This document shows positions 1 through 10,831 of a DNA stretch of 44,124 bases, in pieces; position 1 is the first letter of the stretch; every line of letters begins with the position of its first letter. The stretch comes from Thermodesulfobacteriota bacterium (GTDB lineage: Bacteria > Desulfobacterota_D > UBA1144 > Nemesobacterales > N074bin48). Under the pieces are notes generated by a model that saw only the letters and a program-made list of their open reading frames with translations, was not told the DNA's origin and did not search any database. The translations under genes and the position numbers were made by a program. The stretch is taken from assembly GCA_041572575.1 (NCBI GenBank), contig JBFFSH010000015.1, forward strand, positions 1 through 44,124. Direction: 5' to 3'.

Positions 1-231
1 ATCGAATACCGGTGTTATTGATAGTTCAAGTAAATTAGACCATTCTGCAATGTGTGTGGCTATGCCGGTCTCATCTCCTTCAACCAAAACCCATCCATGA
101 TTTGACCCAAGAGCGTGCCATCGTCCTAGAATGGTAACACCATCCGGTGCCTGCGCTCCATTTTGCAAGAATATCTCTACAGCTTCTTTATAATTTTCTG
201 GCTTGATATTCCATGTCACTATGTATTTCAT
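1..231 (-). CDS. DUF3303-family small protein (partial, runs off left edge)
   Basis: Manual translation from ATG at 231: MKYIVTWNIKPENYKEAVEIFLQNGAQAPDGVTILGRWHALGSNHGWVLVEGDETGIATHIAEWSNLLELSITPVFD. The GV..LGRWH and W..ITPV pattern is typical of DUF3303. Not in the ORF track. Confidence 0.75.
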   Translation of the reverse strand, partial: MKYIVTWNIKPENYKEAVEIFLQNGAQAPDGVTILGRWHALGSNHGWVLVEGDETGIATHIAEWSNLLELSITPVFD

Positions 232-262
232 GATTTATCTCCTATAAAATATGTATCAACTT

Positions 263-1039
263 TTATATTTGTGAAGCTATATAAAGTGCTTCAGGATTTT
301 TCTTCTTTATCTGATTTCTTAGTGCATGTTTAATAATCCATTTTCTTTCAGTCGTAGCCCTTCGAGACCATTTAGTTAGAGTATCTATTCCTATATTATA
401 ATTATCTTTAAGGATATCATTAAGATTGTTAGCTACCGATTTTTGTACAAATTTGGATGGATCATCTTTCAGGTTCTCGAGAATTGGGATAATAGGATTT
501 GGATTTTCTATGAATATTTGAAGTTTAGGTGCCCATGGTAGTCTTGGTCTCATGCCCTCGCTTGATAATCTTCTAACATGAACATTTCTATCCTTTGACC
601 ATTTTTCCATAACCTTGATAGTTCTTTCAGGATACTTTTCTATAAAAGGCCTTATAGCATATTCACTGGTACTTCTTTTGGTAATTTCCTTAATGGCATC
701 GATAGATTCTTTAAAATGATTAATTCCATATTTTTCTACATATTTAGCAATGGGCATAACCCAGTATCCTTGAGTAAACATTCCTGTCTCTTTTTCATTT
801 TCAGGGCCTAGAATGCTTACCAATATTTCAACAGAATCTTTGTAATTTAGGTAAAGAAGATCATTTAAAAGATCTGCAATAAGTTCGACTCTGTCCTTTA
901 GTTCCAGTACACTCGTTCTGCTATCAACATCTTGAATAAAAGATTTAGAATCAAACTATGGGTATAGTGGTGTTATTTTATGAGCCAATAAAATTGCTAA
1001 TTCCTTGTCAAACCAGAATTTTAATTTTTTATTGGGCAT
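263..1039 (-). pseudogene. DNA alkylation repair enzyme (AlkC/AlkD-like HEAT-repeat glycosylase) interrupted by in-frame TAG at 956-958
   Basis: ATG at 1039 reads MPNKKLKFWFDKELAILLAHKITPLYP*FDSKSF...LELKDRVELIA in frame with ORF 263..823. The downstream part has the AlkC-type motifs SEYAIRPF, HVRRLSSEGMRPRLPW and KSVANNLNDI. Confidence 0.75.
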
Positions 1040-1121
1040 GAGTACACACCCATCCATTATTTATGAATGTATAGGTGAATAACCGGTGATAAAAATAAAT
1101 ATACTTATATATGTTACATAA

Positions 1122-2354
1122 TTATTCAAACTTCTTAAATGCCAATGTAACGTTAGTTCCACCAAAACCAAATGAATTACTGATTGCTACCTTAATGTCC
1201 TTTTCTCTTACTTCATGCGGTACATAATCAAGATCACATCCTTCATCAGGATTATCTAGGTTTATAGTAGGAGGCACTATTCCATTGTATAAAGATAAAG
1301 AAGTAATACCTGCTTCTATGCCTCCGGCAGCACCAAGAAGGTGTCCTGTCATGGATTTTGTTGAACTGACTGGGATTTTAACGGAATTGCCGTTAAAAAC
1401 CTGCTTAATAGCATTTGTTTCATTTATATCATTTTGTTGCGTAGAAGTGCCGTGCGCATTAATATAATCAACATCAGATGGATTTAGTTTAGAATTTTTA
1501 AGTGCTGCTTCCATACATCTTTGAGGTCCGTCGAGTGAAGGTGATGTAATGTGATGAGCATCTCCACTCATTCCTGAGCCGAGATATTCTGCATATATTT
1601 TTGCACCTCTTTTCTTTGCATGTTCAAGCTCTTCTAAAATAACAATCCCTGAGCCCTCGGCAATGATAAACCCGTCTCTGTCCTTATCAAAAGGTCTGGA
1701 GGCTTTTTCTGGTGGATCATTGCTTGTTGATATAGCTCTCATTGTGTTAAACCCTGCAATTGTCATAGCATTTACAGGGGCTTCTGTACCACCGCAAATC
1801 ATTGCATCTGCATCTCCATTCTGGATAGAGTAAGCAGCATATGCAACTCCGTGAGCACCTGCTGCGCAAGCAGTTGTTGTACAGCTGTTTGGTCCTTTAG
1901 CATTAAAAAATATAGACACATAACCAGAGGCCATATTACAAACTATATTCGGAACAAAGAATGGAGAGACTCTCATAGGTCCCTTTTCTTCCATGGTTAA
2001 AACTGTCTGATAATATGTATCCATACCACCAATTCCCGAGCCAATTATAGTTCCAACCCTTGGAGCCAGTTCATCATCTATTACAAGCCCTGCATCATCT
2101 AGAGCAAGCTTTGATGCTGCACATGCAAACTGAATAAAATGATCACTTCTTCTTGCTTCTTTGGGATCCATGAAATCAGTAGGGTCAAACTTAGGCACCT
2201 GACCTGCTATTTGAGTCCTTAATATGGATGGATCAAATTTAGCTATTCTGGTTACTCCAGAACGACTATTACATATTCCTTCCCACGTAATATCGTTTCC
2301 AACACCAAGTGGGGTAACAAGTCCAATGCCTGTTACTACGACCCTTCTGCTCAT
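1122..2354 (-). CDS. fabF: 3-oxoacyl-ACP synthase II
   Basis: RRVVVTGIG start, TACAAG catalytic Cys, HGTST, GHLLGAAG, SNSFGFGGTN; fab cluster context. Confidence 0.97.
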   Translation of the reverse strand: MSRRVVVTGIGLVTPLGVGNDITWEGICNSRSGVTRIAKFDPSILRTQIAGQVPKFDPTDFMDPKEARRSDHFIQFACAASKLALDDAGLVIDDELAPRVGTIIGSGIGGMDTYYQTVLTMEEKGPMRVSPFFVPNIVCNMASGYVSIFFNAKGPNSCTTTACAAGAHGVAYAAYSIQNGDADAMICGGTEAPVNAMTIAGFNTMRAISTSNDPPEKASRPFDKDRDGFIIAEGSGIVILEELEHAKKRGAKIYAEYLGSGMSGDAHHITSPSLDGPQRCMEAALKNSKLNPSDVDYINAHGTSTQQNDINETNAIKQVFNGNSVKIPVSSTKSMTGHLLGAAGGIEAGITSLSLYNGIVPPTINLDNPDEGCDLDYVPHEVREKDIKVAISNSFGFGGTNVTLAFKKFE

Positions 2355-2599
2355 TATTTTTTGCGCTCCGTAATAAAATTTATTGCATCCTGCACCGTAA
2401 CAATACTTTCTGCATCCTCATCAGATATTTCGAGTCCAAATTCATCTTCCATAGACATTATTAGTTCTACTAGATCGAGTGAATCTGCTCCTAAATCTTC
2501 TATAAATGAAGATTCTGGTGAAATCTCGTCCTCATCTTTTCCAAGCTGAGCGGCCACCATTTTTTTTACATTATCAAGTAGTTCTTGATCAACAGCCAT
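2354..2599 (-). CDS. acpP: acyl carrier protein
   Basis: [12 protein letters not shown] phosphopantetheine site; acidic 81 aa. Confidence 0.97.
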   Translation of the reverse strand: MAVDQELLDNVKKMVAAQLGKDEDEISPESSFIEDLGADSLDLVELIMSMEDEFGLEISDEDAESIVTVQDAINFITERKK

Positions 2600-2628
2600 A
2601 AGTTATTCCTCCTACATACATAATAATT

Positions 2629-3372
2629 TTAAGTATACATGCCTCCATTAACCCTTATAACTTCACCAGTTATATAAGAAGCTTCATCTGACAATAAAAA
2701 ACTAACTACACCTGATACATCTTCCGGACTGCCAAATCTTCCAAGTGGTATTTGACCGAGATAATATTCTTTAACCTTTTCAGACAATTCACTTGTAATA
2801 TCTGTTTCAATAAATCCGGGTGTAATACTATTAACAGTAATATTACGAGATGCAAGTTCTCTTGATACTGATTTTGTAAATCCTATAATTCCTGCTTTGG
2901 TTGCAGAGTAGTTTGACTGACCGGGGTTACCCATTTCACCAACCACTGAGCTTATATTAACAATCCTTCCGGATTTTTGTTTTATCATATATTTAGCTGC
3001 AGCTTTGGTACAGTTAAATACTCCTTTAAGATTAACATTTATAACTGCATCCCAGTCTTCTTCCTTCATTCTCATAAGAAGACCATCTCTTGTAATACCT
3101 GCATTATTTACTAGAAAATTCAGCTCGCCATGATCATTTATTATCGAGTCAATATGTTCATTAACCTGAGCACTTGATGAAACATCAAAACCTCTTATTT
3201 CACATGTACCACCTGTGCTTTCAATTTCATCTTTTACATTTTGAGCGGCCTGCTCATTGGAAGTATAGTTAATAACAACATAAGCCCCTTTAGAAGCTAA
3301 GTTGGTAGCAACCGATTTTCCAATTCCACGAGATGATCCGGTTATTAGAGCTACTTTTCCTTTAAAATCCAT
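2629..3372 (-). CDS. fabG: 3-oxoacyl-ACP reductase
   Basis: TGSSRGIG, NNAGITRD, YSATKAG SDR motifs. Confidence 0.96.
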   Translation of the reverse strand: MDFKGKVALITGSSRGIGKSVATNLASKGAYVVINYTSNEQAAQNVKDEIESTGGTCEIRGFDVSSSAQVNEHIDSIINDHGELNFLVNNAGITRDGLLMRMKEEDWDAVINVNLKGVFNCTKAAAKYMIKQKSGRIVNISSVVGEMGNPGQSNYSATKAGIIGFTKSVSRELASRNITVNSITPGFIETDITSELSEKVKEYYLGQIPLGRFGSPEDVSGVVSFLLSDEASYITGEVIRVNGGMYT

Positions 3373-4297
3373 TTTCTTTTAATGCCTTAAGGTCTGCAAG
3401 CTTATCAAAGTTTACTACCTTAACATCTTTTAGTGTTCTTCTTATTAAATTTGTAAGCACATTCTTTGGCCCGATTTCTATAAACTTCTTTGACTCGAGA
3501 TTTTCATAAATTAGTTTTATAGATTCATACCATCTAACTGGAGCCATAACCTGGTTAATAAGATTTTCTCTAAGTCTTTCAGGATCTTTTATGAGCGTGG
3601 CTTCCCAGTTATTAATAAGTGGGATTCTGATATTTGAAAAGTCTATTTTATCTAATACTTTACCAAGTTTTTCAGCAGCAGGCGCCATCATCTTACAATG
3701 AAAAGGAGCGCTCACATCTAGTGTGACTACTCTCTTTGCACCCTGTGTTTTTGCAAGTTCTTTAGCTTTTTCTACAGCTTCATTATTTCCGGAAATTACT
3801 GTCTGGCCAGGTGCATTGAAGTTTGCAGGACTAACTATAAATCCATCTGTAGAAGCATCCCTGCAAATTCCTTCTATTTGTTCTTTATCAAGCCCAAGAA
3901 TAGCAGCCATAGAGCCTATACCTACAGGTACTGCCCCTTGAGTAAATTCTCCACGCTTTCTAACTATAGCAACAGCGTCCTTGAAATCAAAAGCCCCTGA
4001 TGCAACCAGGGCTGAATATTCTCCCAAGCTGTGTCCTGCAACATAATTTGATCTAATTCCTGTTTCATTTTCAAGCACTCTAAGATTTGCTATGCTTGCT
4101 GTTAGAATTGCGGGCTGAGCATTTACTGTGAGGTTTAGCTCATCGTTTTTATCTTCAAAGCAAAGTTCTGCCATATCAATTCCTAAGACATCGCTTGCCT
4201 CTTCAAATGTATCTTTTGCTACCTTGAATTCATTATAGAATTCCTGTCCCATTCCAACATATTGTGATCCCTGTCCAGGGAATACATATGTAATCAT
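3362..4297 (-). CDS. fabD: malonyl-CoA:ACP transacylase
   Basis: FPGQGSQ, GHSLGEY, SAPFH motifs. Confidence 0.96.
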   Translation of the reverse strand: MITYVFPGQGSQYVGMGQEFYNEFKVAKDTFEEASDVLGIDMAELCFEDKNDELNLTVNAQPAILTASIANLRVLENETGIRSNYVAGHSLGEYSALVASGAFDFKDAVAIVRKRGEFTQGAVPVGIGSMAAILGLDKEQIEGICRDASTDGFIVSPANFNAPGQTVISGNNEAVEKAKELAKTQGAKRVVTLDVSAPFHCKMMAPAAEKLGKVLDKIDFSNIRIPLINNWEATLIKDPERLRENLINQVMAPVRWYESIKLIYENLESKKFIEIGPKNVLTNLIRRTLKDVKVVNFDKLADLKALKENGF

Positions 4298-4324
4298 ATT
4301 TTCTCTCCCAAGAATAGATTATAC

Positions 4325-4528
4325 TTAATCTTCAATCTCTTCTTCTAATTCTTCTTTTTCTACTTTATAAATATTTCCTTTATAAAAACCACAACTGGGG
4401 CATGCCCTATGAGGCGGTTTTATCTCACTACAGTTAGGACACTCAGAAGCTCCAGGACTCTTAACCTTATAATGAGTCCTTCCTTTCTTTGATTTAGATG
4501 TAGATTTTTTTCTTTTAGGTAATGCCAT
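4325..4528 (-). CDS. rpmF: 50S ribosomal protein L32 (Zn-ribbon form)
   Basis: MALPKRKKS...CPNC..HRACPSCGFY. Confidence 0.95.
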   Translation of the reverse strand: MALPKRKKSTSKSKKGRTHYKVKSPGASECPNCSEIKPPHRACPSCGFYKGNIYKVEKEELEEEIED

Positions 4529-4530
4529 TA

Positions 4531-5076
4531 TTATACTCCAGTATTAAATGTATTTTTATAATTTTTAAGCACAGCAAATTCTGGAGCAACCCAGTCTTCT
4601 TTGCAGCTGCAATTATCCATATTTAAATCAATACCGCAATTCGTACAAAGACCTTTACAGCTGTCATCACATAAGACTTTAACAGGAAATGAGATTGACA
4701 CCATTTCACATAAATAATCCGTTATATCAATAGTACTACCGGTATATGATGTAACAACCGTATCATCTTCATATTCAAACTCATCTTTTTTATCTGGTAC
4801 TAAAATAAGGTTAAGATCAGAATTTAATTTAAGCGCTACATCCTTAAGACATCTTGAACATGGAGATGTATAATCTAAATTCAATGAACCATTTAAGACA
4901 ATTTGCCTGTCGTCTTTATAAATATTTGCATCTATATAAACATTGGAATCAAAAACAATGTTTTCGATCGTGTTTAATGAGCTACTTATATCGCTAAGAA
5001 ATGTTGGCGGTTGTTCGGATACATAATGTAATCCGCTTTCTCCAATTTCATTAATATCAAACTGTATTTTATTCAT
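4531..5076 (-). CDS. yceD: YceD/DUF177 family protein
   Basis: CSRCL and CKGLCTNCG motifs; directly upstream of rpmF. Confidence 0.9.
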   Translation of the reverse strand: MNKIQFDINEIGESGLHYVSEQPPTFLSDISSSLNTIENIVFDSNVYIDANIYKDDRQIVLNGSLNLDYTSPCSRCLKDVALKLNSDLNLILVPDKKDEFEYEDDTVVTSYTGSTIDITDYLCEMVSISFPVKVLCDDSCKGLCTNCGIDLNMDNCSCKEDWVAPEFAVLKNYKNTFNTGV

Positions 5077-5136
5077 AATATAGAAATTTTCCTAAATATA
5101 ATACAAGAAATTAGTTTTGCAAGTAAGATTACTAGG

Positions 5137-6099
5137 CTATACAAGATGGCAGGCTGTTCTATGACTATCGTAAATATTTCTTAATTCCGGCTCTATTTCC
5201 ATGCACTGTTTTTCGGCAATAGGACATCTGGTATGAAATCTGCAGCCAGCAGGGATATTGATGGGGCTTGGTAAATCTCCTTTTATTAATTCTCTATTGT
5301 TATTTTTCTTCTTACCTATAGAAGGTATAGAAGAGAGTAGCAGTTTTGTATAAGGATGTAAAGGGTTTTTATATAATTGCTCACTGCCTGCAATTTCTAC
5401 TATTTTGCCAAGATACATTACAGCAACCCTGTCGCTTATGTACCTTACAACTCTAAGATCATGAGAGATAAAGAGATAGGTGAGATTGTATTCCTTTTTA
5501 AGTTTGAAAAACAGGTTTATAATTTGTGCCTGTACAGATACATCGAGCGCCGAGACTGGTTCATCACATACAATAAATTTTGGTCTTACCGCAAGTGCCC
5601 TTGCAACGGCTATCCTTTGTCTTTGTCCACCGCTAAATTCATGAGGATATCTGCTGAGGGCTTCTCTGTTCATTCCAACATCTTCTAGAAGTCTTATGAC
5701 TTCACCTCTTATCTCATTTTTTGGAACTATATTATGTATAATAAGCCCCTCACCTATAATACTCTCTACTTTTTGTCTTGGATTTAGCGAGCTATAAGGA
5801 TCCTGAAAGATAATCTGTATATCTTTTCTGAGAGGTCTTAATTCACTCGAGCTTAAACCTGTTATATCTTGATCACCATATTCAATAGTGCCCTCGGTTG
5901 GGTCATATAAGCGTAAAAGGGTTTTACCAAGTGTTGTTTTGCCGCAGCCGCTCTCTCCAACCAAACCTAGTGTTTCTCCCTTTTTAATATCTAGTGTAAT
6001 TCCGTCCAGAGCCTTTAGATAATTTTTAGTCTTTGAAAACATCCCCGTTTTTACAGGGAAATATTTCTTTAAATTATTTAGTCTTACTATATTGTCCAT
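5137..6099 (-). CDS. oppF: oligopeptide/dipeptide ABC transporter ATPase
   Basis: GESGCGKT, FSGGQRQR, CDEPVSALD, C-terminal CRFHTRC. Confidence 0.9.
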   Translation of the reverse strand: MDNIVRLNNLKKYFPVKTGMFSKTKNYLKALDGITLDIKKGETLGLVGESGCGKTTLGKTLLRLYDPTEGTIEYGDQDITGLSSSELRPLRKDIQIIFQDPYSSLNPRQKVESIIGEGLIIHNIVPKNEIRGEVIRLLEDVGMNREALSRYPHEFSGGQRQRIAVARALAVRPKFIVCDEPVSALDVSVQAQIINLFFKLKKEYNLTYLFISHDLRVVRYISDRVAVMYLGKIVEIAGSEQLYKNPLHPYTKLLLSSIPSIGKKKNNNRELIKGDLPSPINIPAGCRFHTRCPIAEKQCMEIEPELRNIYDSHRTACHLV

Positions 6100-6102
6100 T
6101 TT

Positions 6103-7083
6103 TTAAAAGTTTACTTCCTTTGATCTAAAACACGCAGATTCATGTTTTTCCTCTAACTTTTCAAGCACTGGAACATTAACTTTACATTTTTCTATTACAA
6201 GTTCACATCTGTCATTAAATCTGCACCCTTTAGGATAATTTTTTGGGCTTGGGATATTGCCATTTATCATTTTTAAATCTCTTTTGTCTGTGTCTGCCAG
6301 ATCAGGAATGGAATTTAAAAGCCCTACAGTGTAGGGATGTTTTGGGTTAGAAAAGAGCAGCTCATTTTGAGCGTGCTCTACAATTCTTCCTGCATACATA
6401 ACATAAACCTCATCTGCTATTTCGGATATTATACCAAGATCATGGGTAATAAGTATTACAGACATTCCAAGATCTTTTCTAAGATTATCTATAAGATCTA
6501 TTATTCCGGCTTCCACTGTCACATCCAGTGCTGTGGTTGGCTCATCGGCAATAAGCAGATCAGGACTGCAGCATAGCGCCATTGCTATCATCACCCTCTG
6601 ACACATACCTCCGCTCATTTCATGGGGGTAGTTTGAGTATCTTCTCTCAGGCTCTGGTATTCCTACTAATTTTAAAAGTTCAATGACTTTTTCCCTTTCA
6701 TCCTTACTATTTATATCATTGTGTGTTCTGATAGTCTCACCAATCTGTTCACCAATCGTAAACACCGGGTTTAAAGAAGACACCGGTTCCTGAAATATCA
6801 TAGAGATTTCATTGCCTCTGATATCTCTTAGTTCTTCATCACTAATTTCGAGTATGTTCTTATTTTTAAATATTATTTCTCCACTTGTTATTTTTGCAGG
6901 CGGATCAGGTAGAAGTTTCATTATAGAAAGAGCGGTAATAGTTTTACCGCAGCCACTCTCACCCACTATTCCTATGATTTTACCTTTTGGTACGGCTATA
7001 GATGCATTACTTACCACTTCAAAGCCGGTTTCTTTATCTCCAATAGAGATAGTGAGATTATTTATTTCTAATATGTTTTCCAT
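6103..7083 (-). CDS. oppD: oligopeptide/dipeptide ABC transporter ATPase
   Basis: GESGCGKT, MSGGMCQR, ADEPTTALD. Confidence 0.9.
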   Translation of the reverse strand: MENILEINNLTISIGDKETGFEVVSNASIAVPKGKIIGIVGESGCGKTITALSIMKLLPDPPAKITSGEIIFKNKNILEISDEELRDIRGNEISMIFQEPVSSLNPVFTIGEQIGETIRTHNDINSKDEREKVIELLKLVGIPEPERRYSNYPHEMSGGMCQRVMIAMALCCSPDLLIADEPTTALDVTVEAGIIDLIDNLRKDLGMSVILITHDLGIISEIADEVYVMYAGRIVEHAQNELLFSNPKHPYTVGLLNSIPDLADTDKRDLKMINGNIPSPKNYPKGCRFNDRCELVIEKCKVNVPVLEKLEEKHESACFRSKEVNF

Positions 7084-7092
7084 TTAAATTAT

Positions 7093-8106
7093 CTATCTTC
7101 CTCTGAGTTTAGGATCAAGAGCATTTCTAAATCCCTCACCAACCAGATTAAATGAGGTTACTGTTAAAAAAATAGCCAGTCCAGGAAAAATTACTAACCA
7201 CCAGGCAAAATCAACATATTTTTTAGACTGAGACAGCACATCTCCCCAGCTTGGCGTTGGTGGTGGCACTCCAAATCCAAGGAAGCTAAGGGCAGATTCA
7301 GTTAAGATTGCTCCTGCAATTCCAAAAGTAGCTGCTACTAAAACCGGCGCAAGCGCATTTGGAAGTATATGCATGAACATTATCCTTATATCGCCAGAAC
7401 CAAGTGCCTTTTGTGCAGTAATATAATCATAATTTCTAATCTTTAAAAAATCTCCCCTTATAAGTCTTGCTATTCCTGTCCAGCCTGTAGCTCCTATGAC
7501 TATCATAATATTATAAATACTGGGGTCTCTGAAAGCTAGAATAGTTAAAATAAGAAAGAATACGGGAAATGTAATCATTATCTCGAATAGTCTTGAAATA
7601 ATAAAATCAGTCTTTCCTCCGTAATACCCGGCAATTCCTCCCATTATTATCCCTATAATAAAAGCAATACCGACTGCAACAAACCCTATTGAAAGCGATA
7701 TTTTTGCACCATGAATCATTCTGCTGAGTACATCCCGGCCTCTGTCGTCCGTTCCGAAATAATGATTGCTATCAGGCGGAGAGAGTACAGAAAGAAGATC
7801 ATTTTCCGTAGGGCTATATTTCACCGGAGGATATATTACAAATGAGGCTTTGTCCTTAACAAGATCACTGTCCGACAAGTCTACTCCTATAAGATCTTTA
7901 TGATTAAAAACAGCAGGGGAATATAAGCTGCCATCATATTTTATGATAATAGGCTTGCTTCCAGCAATAAGGTCATCAAACAGAGCAACAATAAAGAGCG
8001 TTATTATTACGCAAAGAGCAATCACAGATAGTCTGTCTTTTTTAAACTCTATCCATACCCCTTTCCAATATCCTGTTGATTCGTTCAATTTAACTTCTTC
8101 CCTCAA
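7093..8106 (-). CDS. oppC: peptide ABC transporter permease
   Basis: FGTDDRGRDVLSR, HILPNA, ESALSFLG. Confidence 0.9.
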   Translation of the reverse strand: MREEVKLNESTGYWKGVWIEFKKDRLSVIALCVIITLFIVALFDDLIAGSKPIIIKYDGSLYSPAVFNHKDLIGVDLSDSDLVKDKASFVIYPPVKYSPTENDLLSVLSPPDSNHYFGTDDRGRDVLSRMIHGAKISLSIGFVAVGIAFIIGIIMGGIAGYYGGKTDFIISRLFEIMITFPVFFLILTILAFRDPSIYNIMIVIGATGWTGIARLIRGDFLKIRNYDYITAQKALGSGDIRIMFMHILPNALAPVLVAATFGIAGAILTESALSFLGFGVPPPTPSWGDVLSQSKKYVDFAWWLVIFPGLAIFLTVTSFNLVGEGFRNALDPKLRGR

Positions 8107-9091
8107 ACGTAATTCGCGGATCTACAAGTACATATAGTATGTCGGCTATTAATATTCCAATAAGAGTTAAAAATGCTGAAATAGTAGTAATAGCCATGAT
8201 AAGCGGATAATCCCTGGATAGAATCGCCTCAAATCCCAGCTGTCCAATACCGGGAATGGAAAATATGCTCTCAATGATGACACTACCACCAATCATTGCC
8301 GGAAGTATTGCAGATACAATGGTAATTATTGGTATCAATGAATTTCTCAGCACATGTTTCGTTATCACAGTTTTTTCTTCAAGACCTTTTGCCCTTGCAG
8401 TTCTTACATAATTTTCTCTTAGGACTTCAAGCAGACTTCCTTTCTGGTATCTGGAAAGTGATGCGAAATCTGCATATGTTAGGCAAATTACGGGAAGTGT
8501 TATGTGCCACAGAAAGTCTGTAAATTTCTGAAATATGGAAAAGCCATCAGAATTTGCAGATTGTATTCCGTAAATAGGAAATATATCCCAGTGCTCCCCT
8601 CCTCCCAGGAAATATATAAGCATCATAGCAAGCCAGAAGCTTGGAATTGAATATAGGCCAAATAGTAAAAACGTAGTTATCCTGTCCATTATAGTACGGT
8701 CTTTGATTGCGGACATAATTCCTATAGGTATAGCAATAATATAAACAAGAAATATCGAAATCAGGTTTAATGTAAGTGTGATAGGCAGTCTTTCTTTAAT
8801 CTTATCAAGTACCGGTCTGTGATCTTTATAAGAATCACCGAAGTCAAAAGTGACTATTCGCTTAAGCCATATTAAGTACTGTATATGAATTGGCTTATCC
8901 AGACCGTATAGCTTTTTAGTCTGCTCAACAATTTCTTTTGTTATTTCTTCGGATTGAATGCCTTGTTCAAGCTGTTGGTTTCTTTCAACAGGGTTTCCAG
9001 GTGCAAGTTGAATAATACAAAATGTAATTAATGTTATCCCTATTAGAGTGGGAATAGCTAAAAGGAGTCTCTTAACTATATAGGATTTCAT
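8090..9091 (-). CDS. oppB: peptide ABC transporter permease
   Basis: YGLDKP, TARAKGL..KHVLRNS, RDYP. Confidence 0.9.
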   Translation of the reverse strand: MKSYIVKRLLLAIPTLIGITLITFCIIQLAPGNPVERNQQLEQGIQSEEITKEIVEQTKKLYGLDKPIHIQYLIWLKRIVTFDFGDSYKDHRPVLDKIKERLPITLTLNLISIFLVYIIAIPIGIMSAIKDRTIMDRITTFLLFGLYSIPSFWLAMMLIYFLGGGEHWDIFPIYGIQSANSDGFSIFQKFTDFLWHITLPVICLTYADFASLSRYQKGSLLEVLRENYVRTARAKGLEEKTVITKHVLRNSLIPIITIVSAILPAMIGGSVIIESIFSIPGIGQLGFEAILSRDYPLIMAITTISAFLTLIGILIADILYVLVDPRITFEGRS

Positions 9092-9124
9092 TATGGCAAT
9101 AGTTGTAATATATGTTTAACAAGT

Positions 9125-10783
9125 TTAATGATATTTTTGCAGCTCTGCAGGTACATACCATTCAAGAAAATCTACTCCTAGTGGATATACATTAACATTT
9201 TCAAAGCGTTTATTTACCGCAATAGGTGATTTTCCACAAAACAAGAATGTATATGGTTGTTCATCATGAATTATATTTGCAAATTTTTTATATAATTTGG
9301 TTCTTTTTTCACTATCAAATTCTTGTCGTGCTTCTTCTATAAGTCGATCGGCTTCGGCATTATCAAAACCCACGAAATTTGAACCACCACTTGATTTTTG
9401 TGAGGAGTGCCATATTTGATAAGGGTCTGTTTCTACACCCATTGACCAGCTGAGAGTAACGGCATCAAATTTCCTTTCATTTAACCTCTGAACAAATACA
9501 GCCCACTCTATTTTTCTGATATTCATTCTAATTCCAGCTTTATCCATCTCTTCTTTTAAAATAGTTGATATTTTTTCGCTAGTATCCGATCCATTAGGTA
9601 CAAGAAATTCAAACTCAAACTTAACACCGTCTTTATCCCTTATACCATCTGAGTTGGTATCAATCCAACCTGCTTCGTTTAGCAACGCAATTGCTGACTC
9701 AGGGCTGTATTTTATGGGTTTTATAGTTTTATCGTATTCCTTACTCTTAATATAAAAAGGATTTGTAACCGTAGCTCCTAAATTGTAGAGAATCTTCTGT
9801 AGTATTAATTCTTTATTAACTAAATGGCTCATCGCAGTTCTTACTCTTTTATCAGAGAAGAATGGCCTATCTATATTCCAGCCGATATAACTATAATTGG
9901 GTCTAAAATAAGAATATTTATCAAATATATCTTCAAATTTCTTTGTTTTACTTTGTTTTTCCCATTGTATAGGAGTAAGACCTGCAAGATCTAATTCACC
10001 TTTTCTTAAGACCTGGAATGCTACGTTACTATCATTAATAATTTTGAATACCAATTTTTGCAGCTTTGGACTTTCTCCCCAATAATCTTCATTTTTATCT
10101 AATATTATCTCTCTTCCAGTTTCCCATTTAGAAAATTTATATGGGCCTGTACCAATTGGATGCCTACCAGCGGGATTTTTATTAAAATCACCTTTATCAA
10201 AGATATGCTTGGGTACAATAGGAATTCCACCGCAAAATTCTAGTGCTAAAAAATATGGCCTTGCATAAGTAAATTTAACAGTATGCTTGTCTATTGCTTC
10301 AACTTTTTTAATTTCCTGGTAATAACCCTTAAGTTGAGCTGAATCGACCTTGGGATCCATAATAGTGTTATATGAAAAGACAATATCCTCTGAAGTAAAT
10401 GGCTTACCGTCATGCCAGAAGACATCATCCCTTAATTTAAAAGTAAATGTAAGCTTATCATCCGATATCTCCCATGACTTTGCTAATTGAGGTTTTAGTT
10501 CTAATGATTCATTATCTCTTTTTATAAGAGATTCATAAATATTATTACTATTGATTATGCTCTCGGCACGGTCTCTTGCAATTATCGGGTTTAAGGTACC
10601 AGGTTCAGAACCCATGTGATAAATAAGCCAGTCACCATCAACAGGACTATTATCGGTTTTTTTGCTGCTTTTATTTTTAATCTCAGTATTCGTGTTTTTG
10701 GTAGTGTCATCAGAAGAACCGCATCCGATTAACGCAAATAAACAAAAAACTATGCTATAAAATATTAGACCTCTTCTAACCAT
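9125..10783 (-). CDS. oppA: peptide ABC transporter substrate-binding lipoprotein (family 5)
   Basis: Lipobox LIGC; LAKSWEIS, FWHDGKPFT, GTGPYK. Confidence 0.9.
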   Translation of the reverse strand: MVRRGLIFYSIVFCLFALIGCGSSDDTTKNTNTEIKNKSSKKTDNSPVDGDWLIYHMGSEPGTLNPIIARDRAESIINSNNIYESLIKRDNESLELKPQLAKSWEISDDKLTFTFKLRDDVFWHDGKPFTSEDIVFSYNTIMDPKVDSAQLKGYYQEIKKVEAIDKHTVKFTYARPYFLALEFCGGIPIVPKHIFDKGDFNKNPAGRHPIGTGPYKFSKWETGREIILDKNEDYWGESPKLQKLVFKIINDSNVAFQVLRKGELDLAGLTPIQWEKQSKTKKFEDIFDKYSYFRPNYSYIGWNIDRPFFSDKRVRTAMSHLVNKELILQKILYNLGATVTNPFYIKSKEYDKTIKPIKYSPESAIALLNEAGWIDTNSDGIRDKDGVKFEFEFLVPNGSDTSEKISTILKEEMDKAGIRMNIRKIEWAVFVQRLNERKFDAVTLSWSMGVETDPYQIWHSSQKSSGGSNFVGFDNAEADRLIEEARQEFDSEKRTKLYKKFANIIHDEQPYTFLFCGKSPIAVNKRFENVNVYPLGVDFLEWYVPAELQKYH

Positions 10784-10831
10784 ATTTTTTACCCTATTAT
10801 TATTCTGAGTATAGAACCAGAACTATTGATT

